From: Phaeosaccion multiseriatum
Taxonomy: Eukaryota > Protista > Ochrophyta, other classes
Length of the DNA stretch: 64,000 nt
NCBI GenBank assembly: GCA_965112735.1
Contig: OZ218951.1
Coordinates: 620,001-684,000 of the forward strand
Direction: 5' to 3'
Below the pieces are notes generated by a model. It was given only the letters and a program-made list of their open reading frames with translations. It made no database searches and had not been told where the DNA came from. Numbering within the stretch: the stretch's first letter is position 1; each line of letters starts with the position of its first letter. The position numbers and the translations under genes were made by a program. Positions 12,819-24,544 of this stretch are shown one piece after another.

Positions 12819-15800
12819 ATGAAGGCCTCTCTAATCGGAGCAGCCTTGATCGGGGTGGGAACTCCTGCCGCATTCGCCTTCTCCTTCGCCCCCAGCACCA
12901 GCAGCGCGTTGGCCCCGTCAACACATGTTAGCAGCAGAGGTGGCAGCAGAAGTGCATGGAGCACGCGCAAGAGCGCAGCAGTAGCGGTGGGGGCGGCAAG
13001 AATAGGGGGAGCAGCAGGAGCAGGAGCTAGAGGGGCCTCCTTGATGAAGATGGCAGTGGTGGACGAGATTTCGGCAGAGAACCCGCTCAAGGTGGTGGTG
13101 GCTGGAGGAGGCGTGGGAGGCCTCATGACTGCTCGCCATCTGCAAAACATGGGCATGGATGTAAGTTGGTTTGAGAGCCCAGCGTAGTCAGGGTTTCGCC
13201 TACCCGCTATGCAGCCCCCTTTGGCTCACATACTCTGACCTTTTGTCACTCGCCCACGGCATTTGTGGTGCCAACAACTGAGTATCGCCTACCACCACCA
13301 CTGCTGTTTTTGCATTGGGTTTTCTCTCTAGCATCCTCTCCCACTCATCCTTTCGGGCTGGAAAGCATGTAGATTGTCGACCTTAATCCCCCCCCCTATT
13401 CCCGTCTTTAGGTGACTGTATTCGAGCGAACGAACCAGTTCCGGCGCTTCGGCGGGCCGATCCAGCTGGCCTCCAACGCGCTGTCCACCATCAAAGCCAT
13501 CGACGCGAAGCTGTTCGACGAGCTCATGGAGTACTTCACATTCACAGGAGTGCGCACCTGCGGCATCAAGGACGGTATCCGCACGGAGTGGTACTCCAAG
13601 TTCACAGCCATCCCCTTCATGGCAGAGGTGAGTGAGTGAGTGAGTGAATGAGTGAGTGGGTTTTGCCTTTGAGGCAAGGAGGATTAACTATCTCCTCTCC
13701 CACTCTCTCTCTCTCTCTGTGCGTTTCTGTGAAGGAACAAGTAGGCCTCTCTATGTGTTTGTGTCTGTGTCTTACGTATTCAAGAAAGAGACTTCCCACC
13801 CAACCCAGCTCACCCCCTTACCCAACAACAACAACAACAACAACAGATGAACAGCCTGCCCTACACGGGCGTGATCGACCGCCCCGACCTGCAGAAGGTG
13901 CTGCTGGGGCTCATCGGCGACGGCGTCGTAGAGAACGCCAAGACCGTCAAGTCATATAAGAACTTGGGAGACGGCCAGGGGGTGGAGGTGAGTGAGATAG
14001 AGAGTGAGTGAGGGAGGGAGTGAGGGAGGGTGGGAGGGAGGGAGGGTGGGAGGGAGGGAGGGTGGGGCAGTGAGTGGGTGAGTGAGTGAATGTGGGGGAG
14101 GGAGGGAGGGAGGGAGGGAGGGAGGGAGGGTGGGAGGGAGGGTGGGAGGGAGGGTGGGAGGGAGGGAGGGAGGGTGGCAGGGTGGGGCAGTGAGTGGGTG
14201 AGTGAGTGAATGTGGGAGACGAGCAGGGGGTGGAGGTGAATGAGTGACATAGTGAGTGAGGGAGGGAAGGAGGCAGGCAGGCTGGGGCCAGTGAATGAGT
14301 GAGTGAGTGAGTGAGTGAGTGAGTGAAAAAATGTGAAAGACGGGAAAGGGTGGAGGTGAATGAGGGAGGCAGGGAGGCAGGAGGGGTGGAGGTGAGGCAG
14401 AGGTGAGGCAGAGTTGAAGGTGAGGGAGGGACGAGGGAGGGGTGAGGGAGTAAGAGAGGGAGGGAGGAAGAGAGGGAGGGAGGGAGGGAGGGACGGAGGG
14501 AGGGAGGGACGGAGGGAGGGACGGAGGGAGGGACGGAGGGAGGGAGGGACGGATGGAGGGAGGGACGGATGGAGGAGGAGAGGGAGGGAGTGAGCATGGG
14601 AGGGAGGGAGGGAGGAAGGGAGAGAGGGGAGGGAGGGAGGGAGGCAGATGGAGGGAGGGAGGGAGGCAGATGGAGGGAGGGAGGAAGCAAGTCACTGATA
14701 CAGTGGGCGGTGTCCGGGTGAGTGAGGAGCGATGGAAAGGAGGCTTAATGCTAAGGCTGCTTGTGAGGGTCCCCTTTTGGGTGTTTTTCGAGCTGACGTG
14801 TTCACCTCTCGCCCCCCCCCTTCTCCACCACTGCTGCTGTTACCTCTGCTTGTCTGTACCTCTGCACTGCGCAGGTGACGCTAGAGGATGGTGAGGTGCA
14901 GCACTGCGATGTGTTGCTCGGGGCAGACGGCATTTGGTCGCAGGTAAGGGAGGGAGAGGTCACCGAAGAAGGAAGGAGTGAGCATGTGGGATGGTTGCGG
15001 ATCTTGGTTGGTTAGCGGGTTGGTAACGGGGGGCCGCCCTGTCCTATCACACCCGGCCACTTACTCTCCCCCCCCCCCCCCGCCGTGCTTAGGTGCGAGC
15101 TCAGATGTGGGACGAGCCTTTGAAGGGAGGAAGCTCCACAGCTTACAGCGGCTACACCGTCTTCGCTGGCGAGGTGAGATAGGGACCACAGAATGAAGCA
15201 GGACGGGGGTGGGGTAGACCCAAGTACAGGGAGGAGGGCCTGAGATTGAGTTTTACTGGGGCATCAGGGAGGGATGCCATGGAAGGAGAGAATGGGGACG
15301 GAGGAAGGTCAGACTGACTAGTCAGACCGGACCGACTAGCCAGAGGAAGGTCTGACTGACTAGTACTCACCGCGGTGGTGAAGTACTGTTGGTGCTGCAC
15401 ATTTTACTGCTATCCTAAAACACCTTCCTCGGCCTCCCCCATCGCAATTTTCGATGCATACGTCCTGGGCGTGCTTGGGTCCCTCCCCTTCAGGCGGTGT
15501 ACGAGCCCAAGGACTACTGGGATGTTGGCTACAAGGTGTACATCGGCCCCGGGCAGTACTTCGTCACAAGTGACGTGGGCCAGGGTCGTATGCAGGTGGG
15601 TGGTACCGAAGGGGCAGAGGGAATGGTATGTGTTCTTGGGATCCCATGCCGCCCCCCCCATTTTGTCAGCCAAGTGGATGGGTCAGTGCCAACTGGTCGG
15701 TACGGACAGTCTATCTCACTGTTTGTGTGCGTGTGTGTGTGTGCGTGTGCTGTTAAATATGACTCCCTCAGTGGTACGCCTTCTTGGCGCTGCCCCCCGG

Positions 15801-16795
15801 GTCCAAGGCGCGCGAGGACAACATCAAGTACCTCCGCGATCGCTTCACGGTACGTCACAGCACAGGCCCTTGCGTGACCTTACGTAACCTTCAGCCTAAG
15901 GGACATGAGAGTGTACGTCTTTGCTGTGTTCCTTTTGCGTTAGGCACGAGACCCTTGCGAGGTCCAAATGCGGGGTATCTTGCCTTCTATCACCCACTCG
16001 GTGCTCGCATTCTATGCTCAACCCCCTCCCCTCCCTCGCTGCTCTGTTGTTCATCCTCTTGTTGGGCGTCTTTGGTGCCCATTTGTGCAGGGCTGGTCGC
16101 CAGAGATCCACGAGGCGCTGGACTCGACCTCTCTGGACGATGTGGAACAGAGGGACCTCTATGACAGGTGCGTGGGAGGAGTGGTGGAGGTGGAGGCAGG
16201 AACTTCATTGACTTACAGGAATCAACCTAGGACTTACGTTTGTGTGTGTGGAGAAGTAGAGGGGTGGAGAGGGCCTGCGTCAGTGATTGGGTTGAGAGGG
16301 AGGATGGCGGGTGGAGAGGGGACAGAGGTGGGGGAGGCTTATGGCGTTGTAGGCTGAATTAGCATGGTAGTGAGTTTGAACAAGGGCATGACACTGCTTA
16401 CTCGGTTTGGCTCGTGTCCTAATCTGAATCTCCCCCCCGTTTTGTCCACCTCCCTGCTCTGTGTCTGTCAACAGGAAACCATCGATTTTCAAGTCGTGGA
16501 GCGACGGGCAAGTGTCTCTGATGGGAGACGCGTGCCACCCAATGATGCCCAACCTTGGCCAGGGAGGCTGCCAGGCCATGGAGGACGGCTACGTTGTTAC
16601 AAACATGCTCGCTGAGCTCAAGAGTAGGAAAGAGGTGAGTTTGAGTTCCATTGATTCTGTGCCGTCGTCGCTCGCCTGTTCTTCTTCTTCTTCTTCTTCT
16701 TCTTCTTCTTCTTCTTCTTCTTCTTCTTCTTCTTCCTTTTGTCCATCTTTCCCTTCCTCCCTTCTATGTGTCCCGTCTCCCCGTCACGTCTTTCT

Positions 16796-16838
<43 letters not shown>

Positions 16839-17781
16839 GTGGCGCCTCCTCCCCTCCCTCCTCTCCCCGTCTCTGTCTTCTCTCTGCCTTACAACCCTGC
16901 TCAGATCGAGGGCACACTTAAGGCATACTATGCCAAGCGCATCGGCAGGACCGCCATCGTCCAGGGCCTCAGCCGCCTGGCGAGCGACCTCATTATCAAC
17001 CAGTTTGACACACCCGCCAAGGTGTGTATATGGGTGTGAGCCTTTAAAGGCGTTGGAGGGGAGAGGGCGGGGAGTGTGGTGGGTGGGATGTGGGACGTGG
17101 AGAGAAGGAGCGTGGAGGGGTGTGCAGTTAGAGGCATGTGTTCAGCAGGCGGCCGCGGTGCTGCCACTTGTCATACAGAGGTGGAGACACGAGTTGGTCA
17201 TGAGAAATGGTGCAAGATTCTCACCAAGCGTAACCTCCTACTCCCGACGTTACCGTTCCGTAACCGCCTTGCAGATCACACTGAGCCCCTTCAAGGTTGA
17301 CGTCCCGGGCGGCATCAAGAGCCTGCTCACCGTGATGATGAAGCCCGCCATGCCGGTCATTTTCCTGGCGCAGTTTGCCTACCTTTACTCCTTCCACCCC
17401 GTCCGCTTCGCTAAGGACGAGGTGGAGCAGATCGTGAAGGACGCGGAGGGCAGGGCTCGAAAGGTGGGTGAGCTTGAGTCCCCCCCGGGTGGGGTTGGGA
17501 GAAGGAGGAATCGACAGTGGTGTGGTTGTGGTGGTGATGTTGTCGCTGCTCTCTTGCGATGTTCTTCCTTTGTGTGCTTTCATGTTTGGTTTCTGCGCTG
17601 GGATGTGGTCCTTCCTTTCCCAAACTCTAAGCCCAACTCAACTAACTCCTGACTGGACTACTCGTCTCTTGTGTCTCTCTTTGTCTCGAATGAATAGGGT
17701 GCTGCCAAGACATGGGCGGACGCGAAGGAGGACGGATCCTTCGGGAAGGGCAGGGTGAGGGGCGCCAAGCAGTTCGCATAA
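12819..17781 (+). CDS. ZEP: Zeaxanthin epoxidase family FAD monooxygenase, plastid-targeted
   Basis: 12 exons (~12819-13160, 13412-13627, 13848-13987, 14875-14943, 15092-15172, 15494-15595, 15772-15849, 16091-16167, 16474-16633, 16905-17021, 17275-17463, 17698-17781). Motifs VVAGGGVGGL, RFGGPIQLASNAL, IDRPDLQ, GADGIWS, YSGYTVFAG, LMGDACHPMMPNLGQGGCQAMED. Presequence MKASLIGAALIGVGTPAAFA-FSFAP; no FHA domain seen. Confidence 0.93.
13988..14690 (+). repeat. Purine-rich (GGGA/GTGA)n low-complexity tract in ZEP intron 3
   Basis: ~700 bp of GGGA, GGGT and GTGA units; a block at 14061 recurs at 14181. Confidence 0.9.
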
Positions 17782-18367
17782 GGCACTGAAGCGGTCGCTG
17801 GCGACGACTGAAGTGTGATCTTCCAGACACCCACTTCCAGCGCAGTGGGGGGGGTGGGGGGGGCTGCCGAATTGGCAGCTTGGCGAGGGAAGGGGCTGTG
17901 TGTGTAGGAGCTTATATTTATATACGATAGGAGCGAGGCGCCCAATCCCCGGAGAATCTGGGGTATAGACCAACAAGTGTTCATTGTATGTGTGGGGAGG
18001 GCCGGGAGAGCGGGCTGCGGTAGGGCTGTGGTACACCAGGGTCCATCGCGCTGTAGAAATTGAGTGTTAAGTTAAGACTATAGATAAGAAAGAGAAGAAC
18101 GAAGGGTAGATGTAGCGGCCCTCCTTCCCTGGTAATAGTCCCTTCTTTTAGGCGAGTTACATAAAAGATTAAAGATCACGGTGGTGCTTCTAGAACACCC
18201 CCTCACCATCGATAAACACACCCGTGGCTGTGGCTGTACCATACGCTCCAAGAGGATAAGAAACAGGAGAAAAAAAAACGAAGAGAAGGACGTAATAGTA
18301 ATCCGCCGTCGGACGATAGGATGAACGTTACACACGAGGTTAGAAGCTTAATGGGCTTCAGTTTAAC

Positions 18368-21300
18368 ATGGGGGCCAAGAGCAGCAAAGAGCTGACTTCG
18401 CTCCGCTGTCGCGTGGCGGAGCTGGAGTCTCAGAAGAGGGAGATGGCGAAGAACTCGCAGCAGCAGCAGGACGAGCTGTACCAACTCGCGGAGGACGAGA
18501 GGGCTGCGACGCATGAGCTGCTGCGCGACAAGGACGTGTTGCAGCTGCGCAACGAGCTTCTCACAGACATGGTGGCTTCGGAGCAGGTGGGAAGAGAGAC
18601 ATGGACGGCAACACACTCCACCATGCATCGCCAACTCCTCGCCCACCTCATCCTATTACTCTTGTGCAGGTGGCGGTGAAGCTGCACAAAAAGAGGAGCG
18701 ACGCCCTCAAGTGGGAGCTTCTGCGCAGCGGCACCTCCCAAGAGTCGATGGACTGCATGGCGAAGGAGGTGCCTGCGCTGGGCAAGACTCTCTCCGAGAG
18801 AGGGCCCACCACCACCACCAACTGCGAGATGGCAGACTCGGTTGAGAAAATGGTGCGTGGGGTGGAGTGTTCGATGAGGTTGGATGTTCATCGCCCACAG
18901 AGGCGATGATGCATTTGCTGGTTTCCTGTGGTCTTTGTTTTTTGTGTGGTTTCTTTCCCTCTGACCCCTCCATTCTCTCTCTCCCTTTCCCTCCATTCCC
19001 ATCCCCTCAATCTGTCTCCATCCCTTCTCTGTGTCCCTCTGTCCCTTCTCTCTACCTGTTACCCTCCTTCTCAATCTCTCTCTCCCTCTCACCCCCTCCC
19101 CCCCTCGGCCCCCAACCCCGCTCCCCTGCAGACGCTCTTGGCGCAAAGGATGAAGAAGGAGCTCCTGGAGGCCTTTGTGGCTCGGGACCGCACCCCCTCC
19201 AATCCCGGAGGGCTCATATCGGGCATGGACTTCAAAGACGCTCTGAAGGAGGCAGTACCTGAGCTACCCAGAGAGGACAGAGAGCTCCTCATGTTGCGCT
19301 TCCTGCCCGACACGTAAGCGCTAACGCACCCAACGCACGCACGCACGCACGCACACACACACGCACGCACCATGTGTATCAGCGTCGCTAGGTAGAAAGC
19401 TTTCCCTATCCGTCCCCTCCCTCTGTCCTTCAGCCTGACTGAGCTGCATGCTTTCCTCCCAACCCCATCCGCCCGCTATCTGCATGTATCCACCCATCTT
19501 CCTACCTACAGGCGAGAGGGCGAGGAGGAGGACGAGAAGGAGGAGGCCCTCCATGTCATCAACTACAACGACTTCTTGCAGTTTTTCCGACGGCGGGCAG
19601 CGAGGCGCCACCTGCGGGGAGCCGTTACATCCCTGGTGGAGTGGCAGAAGGGACAGACCATGATGCTGGCCTCCGGCGACGGCGGCGGACGACAACATTC
19701 GGCGCCTTCCTTCGGGGGGGAGGAGAGCGGGTCCAGCTTCATGGCCCTCGCCAAGGACGCGCAGATCGCAGCGACGATGCGCAAGGCAGCCGAAGCCCTC
19801 GCCGCCCCCTCACTGGAGGCGTGTCTCGCCACGCTCAGGGACAAGCTCGAGGGGAGAGTGGAGCTGCTGGAGCACGGGCTGAGGAGACGCTCACGGCAGC
19901 TGAGGGGGAAAGGCGCGGGGATGGACGACGAGGAAGAAGACGTGGAGGAGGACGAGGAAGAGGACGACGAACAGGCCCCTTACCTCCCCACCGGGGTGTT
20001 CGCGGAGGTCCTGCACGAGTTGGTGCCGAGCTTTAAGCGGAGTGAGCGGAAGGTCATTTACGGGGCTTTTGCGCGAGACGGGCAAATCAACACACGTCTC
20101 TTCCTCATCGAGCTTCGCAAGGGCAGACGGGCATCTCCAGGGCGGCCGGCGGCGGGGCAGCAGAACAGGAGGCGAAGCAGCGCCAGCGAGAGGGCCCCCC
20201 AGCGGAGAGAGAGCCTTTTGTCGCCACAGTCGACTGGAAGAGAAGGCTTCCGCACGGATCGAGCGGCGGTGGGAATGGAACCCGAGGAGGTGGATGCCGT
20301 CCTTGATGCGATGGCGAAGGTGCTGGAGGAGGAGGAGAGGGAGGACGGCGCAGGGGAGGGGGTGAGACGCTGGATAGAGGTGTTTGAGGATCGCGACCCC
20401 AACAACTATCGGAGCGTCAGCCACGAGGAGTTCAGAGAGGTGCTGCTGGAGCTCTGTCCTGACACCACGGATCGAGAGTGCGACGGGGTGTTCGAGGACT
20501 TTGCAGAGCTGCTTGTTGCGGGCGACCCTCCTCTCTCTCCTCCTGGTCGGGATGGCGACGGGGAGGCGAGGAAACCGAAGGCCCCTCCTCCCTCCGCCGC
20601 TGTGAACTACGATGAGTTTATGCAAGAGCTGCGAGAGAGACTGTCTAACAGTGGTGCGAGGACAGGCGCCAAGGCAGGGGGGGGGGGAGGGTTCGGAGTC
20701 GGTGCCACCGTTGAGGTTAGGCACGAGACGGGCGGTGGAGGGTCGAGTCAGAGCGTGGCGTGGAGGAGAGCCATCATCGAAAAGAGAAAGGAGACCGCCA
20801 CAGGCCCTAACAACACGGGGCCGAACAGCAACGGAGGAGGAGGGGGGGTTCGAGTGACCTTCACGGTGAGGTACATCGAGACGGGCAAGATCCAAAAGGG
20901 GGTGCCCAAGGCCGACGTACGCGAGTTGGTGCTCTACGGACTCGAAGCCGACGCCGCCGCCACCGTGGCCGCTGCCGCCGCAGCCAAGAAGGGAACCCTG
21001 CAGGAGAAGATCAAGGCCGTCTTCTCGTGCTGTGGGGGCGGCGGGGCAACGGACCAGGTGGTGAAGAATGCACACGCTCGTCAGGAGACAGCAGCAGGAG
21101 GACCGCCCAGCAAATCCAGCAAGCGAGGGGGCTCAAAGCAAGGGGGTCTCGGCGCTACCTCCGACACTCTGCCCGAGACTCCTATGAGTGCCGTGACGAT
21201 GAACGTGAGCGCCTCCTCTGGTCTCAGCCCGGCCGTACGGGACCGGCGAGAGAGTGGTAGGCAAGGGCAAGGGGGCGGGCGAAGGAGGGGCTTAGGCAAC

Positions 21301-22094
21301 GGGGGAGGAAGCGAGCATGTTCGCTTCGGGGGTGAGGAGAGCGACTACGGCGGCCGGAGTGAGGAGGAGAGCTTCGATAGCCAGAGTTACTACAGTAGCG
21401 GGCAGGACAGCAGCGTCGAGGGAGGTCGGAGACGTCGGGGGGGGGGGCGGCAGGTGAGAGAGGAGAGAAGCCGCGTGGTACATGAGCAGGGGGTTCCCAT
21501 ACGTTAGGGGTGTTTGCTCGGCTAGGGTCTTTCTTTCCCCCCCTTTTCCCCCAGAAGTGGTTACTCCGTGGGGCTGACTTTGAACCCGTACCCTTCCATT
21601 GAACCCGCAAACAGGAGTATCCTCGAGCGGAGTTCGGCCACCCTTCGCCCGAGCTGCTGCTGAGCGACGGCGAGAGTAGCCAGGGCCTGACACCTCTGTC
21701 CGGCCCACCAGCCTCCGTGTCTGCTCGTCGAGACAGCCACAACCGCGACATCAACCACATGAGCGCTTCCTCGCGGCGCCGGAGGAGCGAGCACCAACAC
21801 TCGCAGCACAAGCGGCAGAGGGCAGGGAGGACGGGAGGGGCGGTCAGAATGAAGCAGCAGGGAGGAGACGAGCTGCGGGTAATGCAGCAGCGCGGTCAGG
21901 GCACTCAGGCAGGGAGGAGGGGCTCCGCGCTGGCATCCTCTTTGGGCCACACGAATGGCGGAGGAGGAGGTGGAGGAGGAGGTGGAGGAGGCTTGGGTGC
22001 GTCCACGCTACGGGAGAAGATGAGCATGTATAAGGACATGAAGCACACGTTGGGAGCCACCCCGCCCAGGAGAACAGCCGGGGAGATGCACTGA
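18368..22094 (+). CDS. Coiled-coil + degenerate EF-hand + Tudor-like protein, possibly N-myristoylated
   Basis: Exons ~18368-18586, 18671-18852, 19131-19313, 19512-21453, 21615-22094 in frame. MGAKSS N-terminus; EF-like FEDRDPNNYRSVSHEEF, INYNDFL, VNYDEFM; Tudor-like FGVGATVEVR...WRRAII...FTVRYIETG. Confidence 0.7.
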
Positions 22095-22135
22095 GGGAGG
22101 TGTGAGGCAGGCAGGCAGGTGGGTAGGTAGACAGG

Positions 22136-22268
22136 CCGGCAGGCTACTTGGCTGATTCCGCGTCTTTCGTCGTGTTTTCTGTTGTTGGGTTTATACACTA
22201 ATAGGCAGGCTACTTCGCTGATTGCGCGTGTTTCGTCGTGCCCTTCTGTTGGGTTTATACACTAATAA
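22136..22268. repeat. Imperfect ~65-bp tandem duplication downstream of the EF-hand gene
   Basis: ggcaggctacttggctgattccgcgtctttcgtcgtg...gttgggtttatacactaata occurs twice in tandem with substitutions. Confidence 0.8.
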
Positions 22269-22819
22269 CAGACAGAGAGGGAGAGCAAGCGAGCGAGAGA
22301 GGGAGGGAGGGAGGGAAGGAGAGAGGGAGTGGAAAGAGGGAGGGGGCGAGGGGGACAACGAAGGCCTCCGGTTTTCGTGAGGCCTCTCCTACTCTGCCCC
22401 CCCCCCCCCTCGAGAAGAGACTCTCCCCTTCGCTTCAGATGATGAGAGCAAAATTCAAACAAGTGAAATCAGCCGTTTTTCACCATTGGTGGTGTAGCAG
22501 AGTAGCTCCTAGCCCAGCGATGGCATGCCCGGCCGCTCGACAAACGAGAGGCAGTGAGAGGCAGTCAAGGGAGAGGGTCACAGAAGCAGCTAATCGCGCA
22601 AGAGCGACGGAGGAGAAGCAGAACAGTCAAACTCGTTGCAGGTGTCGCGAAGAGCGAGGCAGAGGCATAGGGACCAAACGAAGGCTTCCAGAGGCCTCCG
22701 CAATTTGCTGTAGGCCTTTGGTAGGGCAGGCACGCACTGCTACTGCCGACACACACTAGCGAAACTCGCACCCCTGCCTGAAGCCCAGCCCAGCTACGAA
22801 TCAGCCTAAGAATGAAGTA

Positions 22820-23185
<366 letters not shown>

Positions 23186-23401
23186 ACATGGGGGGGTAAC
23201 TTTAACTTTGTAACTTTGACATGGGGGGGGGGGTGTAGAGCAGTTGGTTCGCCAAATTCACAAAACCGCACCCTCAATTCTTCTCATTTTTTTTTTATCC
23301 TCCTTCTCCCCCCTTTTAAATAGCTCTTTCTATCTACTCTCCTGTATAAATTGAACTACTCCTTCTTTGGGCGGTATCAGCCTTGCACTGACCTGCGAAA
23401 A

Positions 23402-23806
23402 ATGTCCCACAGCGAAGTTCAGAGTGGAGTTTCGGAAGCTGTAAGTTACCAATCGATGCTTGGGGCATCATCGAACCATATATCCAACAGCGGGTCTACG
23501 GCTCGAGACCATCTAGCAAACGAGAGGACCCTTTTGGCCTGGGTGCGCACTAGCATTTCCATCATTGCCCTGGGCATTGCGCTGGCGAAGTTCGACGCCA
23601 ATCGCACGAGTGGGCTCATCCTTGGACTGCTGTTAGTCTGTCTCGGCATCACCATGATTGCCACGTCGAGGCACCGCTATTTCGAAATCGCGAACTTGCT
23701 CGAAGATGGGAAGTTCATCATCCACGAGGGGGGTATCAATCTCATACTGGGCCTCATCGTGGTGGTTGCAGTTGCCTGCTTGGTTGTACTGGCGTCTCTG
23801 GCATGA
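23402..23806 (+). CDS. DUF202 (YidH/Vtc1-like) small membrane protein, intronless
   Basis: RDHLANERTLLAWVRTSISIIALG signature and three hydrophobic segments. Confidence 0.9.
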   Translation: MSHSEVQSGVSEAVSYQSMLGASSNHISNSGSTARDHLANERTLLAWVRTSISIIALGIALAKFDANRTSGLILGLLLVCLGITMIATSRHRYFEIANLLEDGKFIIHEGGINLILGLIVVVAVACLVVLASLA

Positions 23807-24544
23807 GTGGGACAATCAGCAGCAGCAGCAGCAGCAGCAGCAGCATCACCAGCAGCGCGGCTTGGAGTGGGCAGGAGGACGAGCTTTACTTCCGGTAGGC
23901 GTCGTCGAGGACTCGCTCAAGTGTAAAAAGCCTTTCTGGAAGAAGAGCTGCAAATCCGATACGGATAGGCATCGCGGCAGCAGCACGAGAAGGTGCAGCA
24001 GCAGAGGCAGCAGTAACAGGAGCAATAGAGGCAGCAGTAACTTCAGTAGCACGAGCAGCCACGAACTGGAACATCAGTCTTCATCTGATAGGATGATAGG
24101 GCGGCTGCTCCGATGGGCCTTGCCTTCTTGCGCACAGCTCTCGTCTCTGGTTAGGGCCGCTCAACAGGGTATACAAGTACGTACATCTGAAGCCTAGACA
24201 GGCAGGGGCCCTTCGGAGTATCGGCCCTCGACAAGATGCGGCCGCACTGGCGAAGGAGGCGACAGGGCTCAGGAGCGTAGATTAAACTTTGGAGCACCAC
24301 CAGCCTGGAAGGAAAGAGTAGGCAAGAGAAGACGCAACTCGGCGGGAGGTTCAAGAGGCATTGTCACTCTGCGTGGTGAACAAGACAAGATATCGCTCGG
24401 CCAATGTACTTCGTATCATCAGCGAGAGGGGAGGGCAAAAGTGTGTGCATACATGCTCTAGACCCAGCTTTGACATCAGTCCAGAATGTGAATTAAGAAT
24501 TAATTCATTTTTCTCTTGGACGAAGGCCACAGATGTTGGCCGCC

